This document shows positions 59,112 to 64,000 of a stretch of DNA of 64,000 nt, piece by piece. Both the position numbers and the translations under genes were made by a program. The stretch's first letter is position 1, and each line of letters begins with the position of its first letter. Origin of the DNA: Macrostomum lignano. Lineage: Eukaryota. The DNA is taken from assembly GCA_002269645.1 (NCBI GenBank), contig NIVC01000302.1, positions 316,303 to 380,302 on the forward strand, read 5' to 3'. The notes under the pieces were generated by a model. That model had not been told where the DNA came from. It did no database searches and was given only the letters and a program-made list of their open reading frames with translations.

Positions 59112-60768
59112 CAGTCATGCACAAAAGTAAGCACACCCCAAGCAAAAATTGAGAAAAACTGTTAAAATTTCTGAACCGTCAGCTGCACCACAACAAAACT
59201 GCATCACAATGATCCTTATTGACTGGCATTTATTTTGACACATCAAGCTTTGAAAAACTCTTTGTGGCTACGGAGCTATGGCAAAAAATGCTCAAACACA
59301 CCTGTGCAAAAGTAAGTACACCCTGTCTTAATACTTTGTAGCTCCACCTCGTGCAGCCACCACAGCCAAGAGCCGCTTGCGGTAGCCATTCACCAGCGCA
59401 GCGCACCTCTCAGCGGGCACTTTCTGCCACTCCTCGATGCAGAATTCGGCCAATTCCCGCAGATTCTTCGGCTTCCTCGCGTGAACCATCTTCTTGAGAT
59501 CCGTCCACAGCATCTCGATCGGATTCAGGTCAGGGCTCTGGCTTGGCCACTCCATGACTTTGATGCGCCTCTGCTGCAGCCATCGCCGAGTTGCAGCGCT
59601 CGTGTGCTTGGGGTCATTGTCCTGCTGCAGTGTCCAAGCTCGTCCAAGACCGAGGTCATGCACTGATGGCTGCAGGTTTTCATCAAGGATCTGCTGATAC
59701 ACAGCCGAATTCATCTTCTCGGTGATGTGCATCAGCCTGCCGGTGCCAGCAGCTGCAAAGCAGCCCCACAGCATGATGCTGCCGCCTCCGTGCTTGACTG
59801 TCGGCTTCAGGTGTTTCTGCTCAAATGCGGTGTTCGGCTTGCGCCACACGCGCTGCTTCTCATTCCTGCCGAACAGCTCAATCTTGGTTTCATCAGTCCA
59901 AAGCACTGACTGCCAGTAGCTGTCTGGCTTGCTCAGCATCGCATTAGCAAACTGCAGCCTGGCATCGCGATGTCGCTGCTGCAGCAGAGGCTTTTTTCTT
60001 GGAATGCAGCTGCGGAGGCCCGCGCGGTTCAGGGCTCGGCGAACAGTAGTCCTGTGCGGCAATAAGCCAGCTGCATTCAGCATCTGCTGCAGCTCGCCTG
60101 ATGTTGCATTCGGGTTTTGGCTGACCTCTTGCGTGAGTTTGCGCAGCGCGCGAGCTGAAATTTTACTCGGCCGGCCACTGCGAGGCAGAGATGCTGTGGT
60201 GCCGTGCTGCTTGTACTTTGCGATGATGCGCCTAACCGTTGATACATGCACATTGAAGGCAGTCGATATCCGCTTGTAGCCATCGCCACTATCGTGAGCT
60301 GCTACAATGCGATTTCTTAACTGAACTGACAGCTCCTGGCCTCTTGGCATTGTCCTGGCGTGTATCAAGTCAATGACGAAGCGGCTGCATTGCACATAAG
60401 CTTTATAGTAGCATGAAAACCAGTAGCTGAGCCGATTGAGGGCAGGGGCAAGCAGGACTAAAGTTGCTGGTGACGTAACAGGCAGTGAGGCGGCTGGCAA
60501 TGTACTTATGGTGGCTCGCATCTGCACAGAGGAGGTTATACTGGTAGTAAAGGGCAGGGTGTACTTACTTTTGCACAGGTGTGTTTGAGCATTTTTTGCC
60601 ATAGCTCCGTAGCCACAAAGAGTTTTTCAAAGCTTGATGTGTCAAAATAAATGCCAGTCAATAAGGATCATTGTGATGCAGTTTTGTTGTAATACAGCTG
60701 ACGGTTCAGAAATTTTTACCGTTTTTCTCAATTTTTGCTTGGGGTGTACTTACTTTTGTGCATGACTG
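59112..60768 (-). mobile_element. Full-length Tc1-family DNA transposon, IR/DR type
   Basis: About 214-bp TIRs (59112-59325, 60555-60768), each with two direct repeats caaaagtaag(c/t)acacc; TA on both flanks. Confidence 0.96.
59328..60350 (-). CDS. Tc1 transposase (DD34E), 340 aa, uninterrupted
   Basis: MPRGQELS, GRPSK, WTDETK, HGGGSIMLWGCF, QQDNDPKH, SPDLNPIEMLW, GGATKY. Confidence 0.95.
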   Translation of the reverse strand: MPRGQELSVQLRNRIVAAHDSGDGYKRISTAFNVHVSTVRRIIAKYKQHGTTASLPRSGRPSKISARALRKLTQEVSQNPNATSGELQQMLNAAGLLPHRTTVRRALNRAGLRSCIPRKKPLLQQRHRDARLQFANAMLSKPDSYWQSVLWTDETKIELFGRNEKQRVWRKPNTAFEQKHLKPTVKHGGGSIMLWGCFAAAGTGRLMHITEKMNSAVYQQILDENLQPSVHDLGLGRAWTLQQDNDPKHTSAATRRWLQQRRIKVMEWPSQSPDLNPIEMLWTDLKKMVHARKPKNLRELAEFCIEEWQKVPAERCAALVNGYRKRLLAVVAARGGATKY

Positions 60769-61055
60769 TATATTGGTGTTCTCAACAAAGTATATATTGG
60801 CTTGTTTACCGAGTGTCTGGGTCTAAGAGTTTTCATAGCTTGCAACTAACATGACTTGGCTTATTTATAACACTCTCTGGAATGCCACTCCGAAAGTCTT
60901 TAGCCTAACACCCTTCTCGCTTAGGCATAGGTCTGAAACTTGACTTACGCAGCCTTCCACATGCCTGCAGCCAATGCATTAAATTTGCGGCGCACACGTT
61001 CAAGTTGAAATATTTTATCAGCAGAAGAAAATTGCTTTCGTGCGACAACCCGAAA

Positions 61056-61712
61056 ATGAGTGTTCAACTTGAAAATCGCAACTTCCGAGCGATGATTTTT
61101 TACGACTTTATGCGCGGCTTAACGAGGCAGCAGTGCCATGAGCAGTTTGCAACCACTTTCGGGGATCAAGCTCCATCCCTGGCCACAGTCAAGAACTGGT
61201 ACCGCGAGTTTACCAGTGGCCGGACGAGCCTGTCCAACGAGGAGCGAAGCGGCCGACCTGTCACTGCTGTGACGCCAGAGAACGTAGAGCGGACGGAGCA
61301 GCTGCTGCTGGCAGATCGCCGAATAACCACGGCACAGCTTCAGGAGGCCAGGTGCAGAGCATCCTGCACCAACACCTGCGTGTCCGGAAGCTCTGCGCCC
61401 GATGGGTGCCTCATTCACTCACAGAGCCGCAGAAGGCAGCTCGCGTACAGTGGTGCCATCAGATGCTTGCTGACTTTGATGGAGGCGCTAGTCGTGACGT
61501 TCTGGACAAAGTCACAGGCGATGAGACATGGATCTACCAGTTTGATCCAGAAACAAAGCGCCAGTCAGCCGTCTGTTGCTTCGAGGGCGAGTCATCACCT
61601 TCGAAGTCACGGAGGTCGCAGAGCGCCGGCAAGAAGATGGTGGCGACTATTTTCTCGAAAAACTGGCCACATCGCCACAGTGGCGCTGGAAGATCAACGG
61701 ACAGTTTTGGCG
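61056..61712 (+). pseudogene. Mariner transposase remnant, frameshifted and 3'-truncated
   Basis: RAMIFYDF..G.T..QCHEQ, WYREF..GRTSL..EERSGRP, RKLCARWVPHSLT, VTGDETWIYQFDPETKRQS split over frames; cut off by a SINE at ~61712. Confidence 0.85.
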
Positions 61713-61880
61713 CAGTGAAGTGTATACATGCCTAACAATAAAATAAAGTTAGGGCCGCTGTACACTCCTGTGTGAGTGTGTGCCTGTGTACGCATCCACG
61801 CGCTTGTATGCCTGCTTAGGGGAGTCGGCGGAATGGGCAGTAATGCCTCTCGCCAGTTGTGTGCCCATGTCGCTTAAAGT
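61712..61880 (+). mobile_element. SINE family A, 5'-truncated copy
   Basis: gcagtgaagtgtatacatgcctaac...gttagggccgctgtacactcctgtgtgag...gtcgcttaa matches 41118-41270. Confidence 0.8.
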
Positions 61881-64000
61881 GCGCCAGGTGCACACAACCC
61901 CCTGCTTCTAATCTAATAAAAAAATAGCTAGTCTCACTGAACCAAAGATTTCTGCCTCATCAGCTGAGTCATCTCTCATACTCTCTCATGTCTCATACTA
62001 TAGGCCATATAGATTACATCTTCCATCTGGACCTCCTACTGCTTTTTAGCCTATCACTACTCTATACAAACAAACAATGATTTGGAGGGGTGGCATCCAA
62101 GGCTGAACCACAAAGCCCAATGAAATGACATTTTGTTCTATTTGCTTGTATGCCTCTTGTATGAAGAAGCCAGATTGGTGGCTTTTGATGCATAGCTTAT
62201 ATCACAGTGTGCCCTTTGGTACAAGCAGCACACAGCTATCTACTATTGACAGACCATTTATGACAAAATATAGGACAAACATGAGGCAGACATAAGAACA
62301 GACCAAGCTTTGCTTGAGGCCTGCAGTCAGTTAAATGCCCCCATGTGATTTAATCACTGCTATAATTTTACCATTCACAGTTTACAATTTTACCATATTT
62401 AACCATTTTTTTATAAACCTTCCATTTTAACCTTGTGAAACTAAACAAAATTAATGTCACTTTGTGCTCTTTTTACATTTTAGAGTTTGTTTCTTGTTGC
62501 AGAGTTGCAGTGATTTTTATACTTAAGCCCATATGACATTTGAAATAAATTGAACATTGTATAACTTTAGGAAAAAAATGAATGAATTTTCTTGGAAAGC
62601 ACATTTGAAAAGCATCGGATAAATAGTATTGTTGCTGAATTTGCTTTTGCCAAATTTGTCCATAGGCCTAGTGAATATCTATTGCCTAATTTGCTTGTCA
62701 CCAAATTGGTTAGCACCTTATTAGACATAGCCACTGTCTCTATAAGCTTTAATGTTATAGACACAGCCACTGTTTCTAGTCTAAGTGTGACAAAAAATAG
62801 AGCCATAGATTGGGCCTTTAAGTATTAAAATGATAGTGACAACAATAATAAATGAAAAAGCCCTCAATATTAAATATTATAATGCTTTGCAAAATATTAG
62901 TTTGCCTAAACTTTGCCAAAACATCATTGGACTTGTTGCACTTAAAATATTTAGTAGAGCCTAGATCTGCATGAAATATAAAATGGTTTCTAACCTTACA
63001 CTGGGCCTAATTAATGAACAAAAATAAGTATAAGCTATAACTATTGCTTTCATGGCTGCCTATAGCTTCCCACTAATTTTCAATTTACTATAGTAATAGT
63101 AATAATTTTGGCTCAGGCAAAAAGCCTATTTGGTCAATATAAGTCAATGCATTTAATATTTATTAAAAAGGTTAGATAATTTTAATTGATAAATGGAATG
63201 AATACGAGTCAGGGGTGTCAGAACCAGGGGGCATAGGAGACTGGAGCCCCCCCCCCACTTTTTAAGCATGATCTTGCATGTGCCCTTTTGAATTTTAAAC
63301 AAGTGTTAGGTTTTTAGGCCTTGGCTTTTCTGAGTCTTGAGAGCTATAAGTATAACAAGCTAGAGCAAGAGGGCACCATTGCTATTTACACCCTAGAAAT
63401 CAATGTACATATAAGAATAAATAAAGTACAGTAAGTAAGGGTATTCACATAGCGTTGTGCTCCTCTTTCCTCAAGCAACAACCCTTCTTTCCTTTCTCTG
63501 CCCCTTTCCATCACCGCTTGGTTATATAGGCCCCAGCCCCATCAATGAGGTCTGTGGACATATAATAGTTTATGTTGTTCTCAATCTTATTTCACTACAG
63601 TTTTTTATCTAATGTGCCTAAGCCTAGTGCTTTAGTATTTATTTAGCCCTTTTGCTTTGGCATTTCTAATCAACATTCTCAGTCTGCCATAATCCCAAGA
63701 CTTAAACCACTATTGTTGCTACAATCAACATCTCTAAAATGCTATCAGCTAAAAGATTAAAAAGACAGCACCAAGAGGAACTCAAGGAGGCAGGCAAAAG
63801 ATCAAAAAATTAAATGATTAGTACTGGTAAGTACATGTACAATTTTAGTTTTTTAAAGTGAAACGAAAAAATTATATGGTTTTTTTTCCCATATTATCGT
63901 TTCCTTCTGCCAACAGTTCAGGAAGACAACAAACAATGGACCTGATGGTAACTTTCTCTGTGTGATCTCTAGAGTCACATTCTCAAACTTCAGGCGAGGA

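Noticed and set aside
61955-61975. Hammerhead ribozyme core (CTGATGA...GAAA on the minus strand)
   Set aside because: No stem II or stem III pairing.

Overview
Eukaryotic (animal) genomic DNA; GC-rich exons with poly-Ala/Gln tracts and minisatellite-filled introns are most consistent with a free-living flatworm such as Macrostomum (inference, not demonstrated). I rebuilt spliced gene models by hand from splice sites and reading phase. Minus strand: an NRF1/Ewg-like gene that may carry two DNA-binding domains, FUT8, a secreted acetylcholine-binding-protein (AChBP)-like gene without transmembrane helices, MED20, TOMM7, NVL and delta-tubulin. Plus strand: AP-1 sigma, a secreted PAN/LamG-like gene nested in an intron, and a small secreted Cys-rich protein. 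Mobile DNA includes a defective Mag-type Gypsy LTR element whose empty site is also in the window, an intact IR/DR Tc1 element, mariner/Tc1/RTE/THAP remnants, MITEs and two tRNA-derived SINE families. About a quarter of the window is tandem repeat, and almost every intron longer than about 350 bp holds its own array; one array is about 33 copies of an exon/5' splice-site junction. Two genes (MED20, NRF1-like) have an acceptor exactly where the start Met should be, suggesting the AUG is supplied by a trans-spliced leader.
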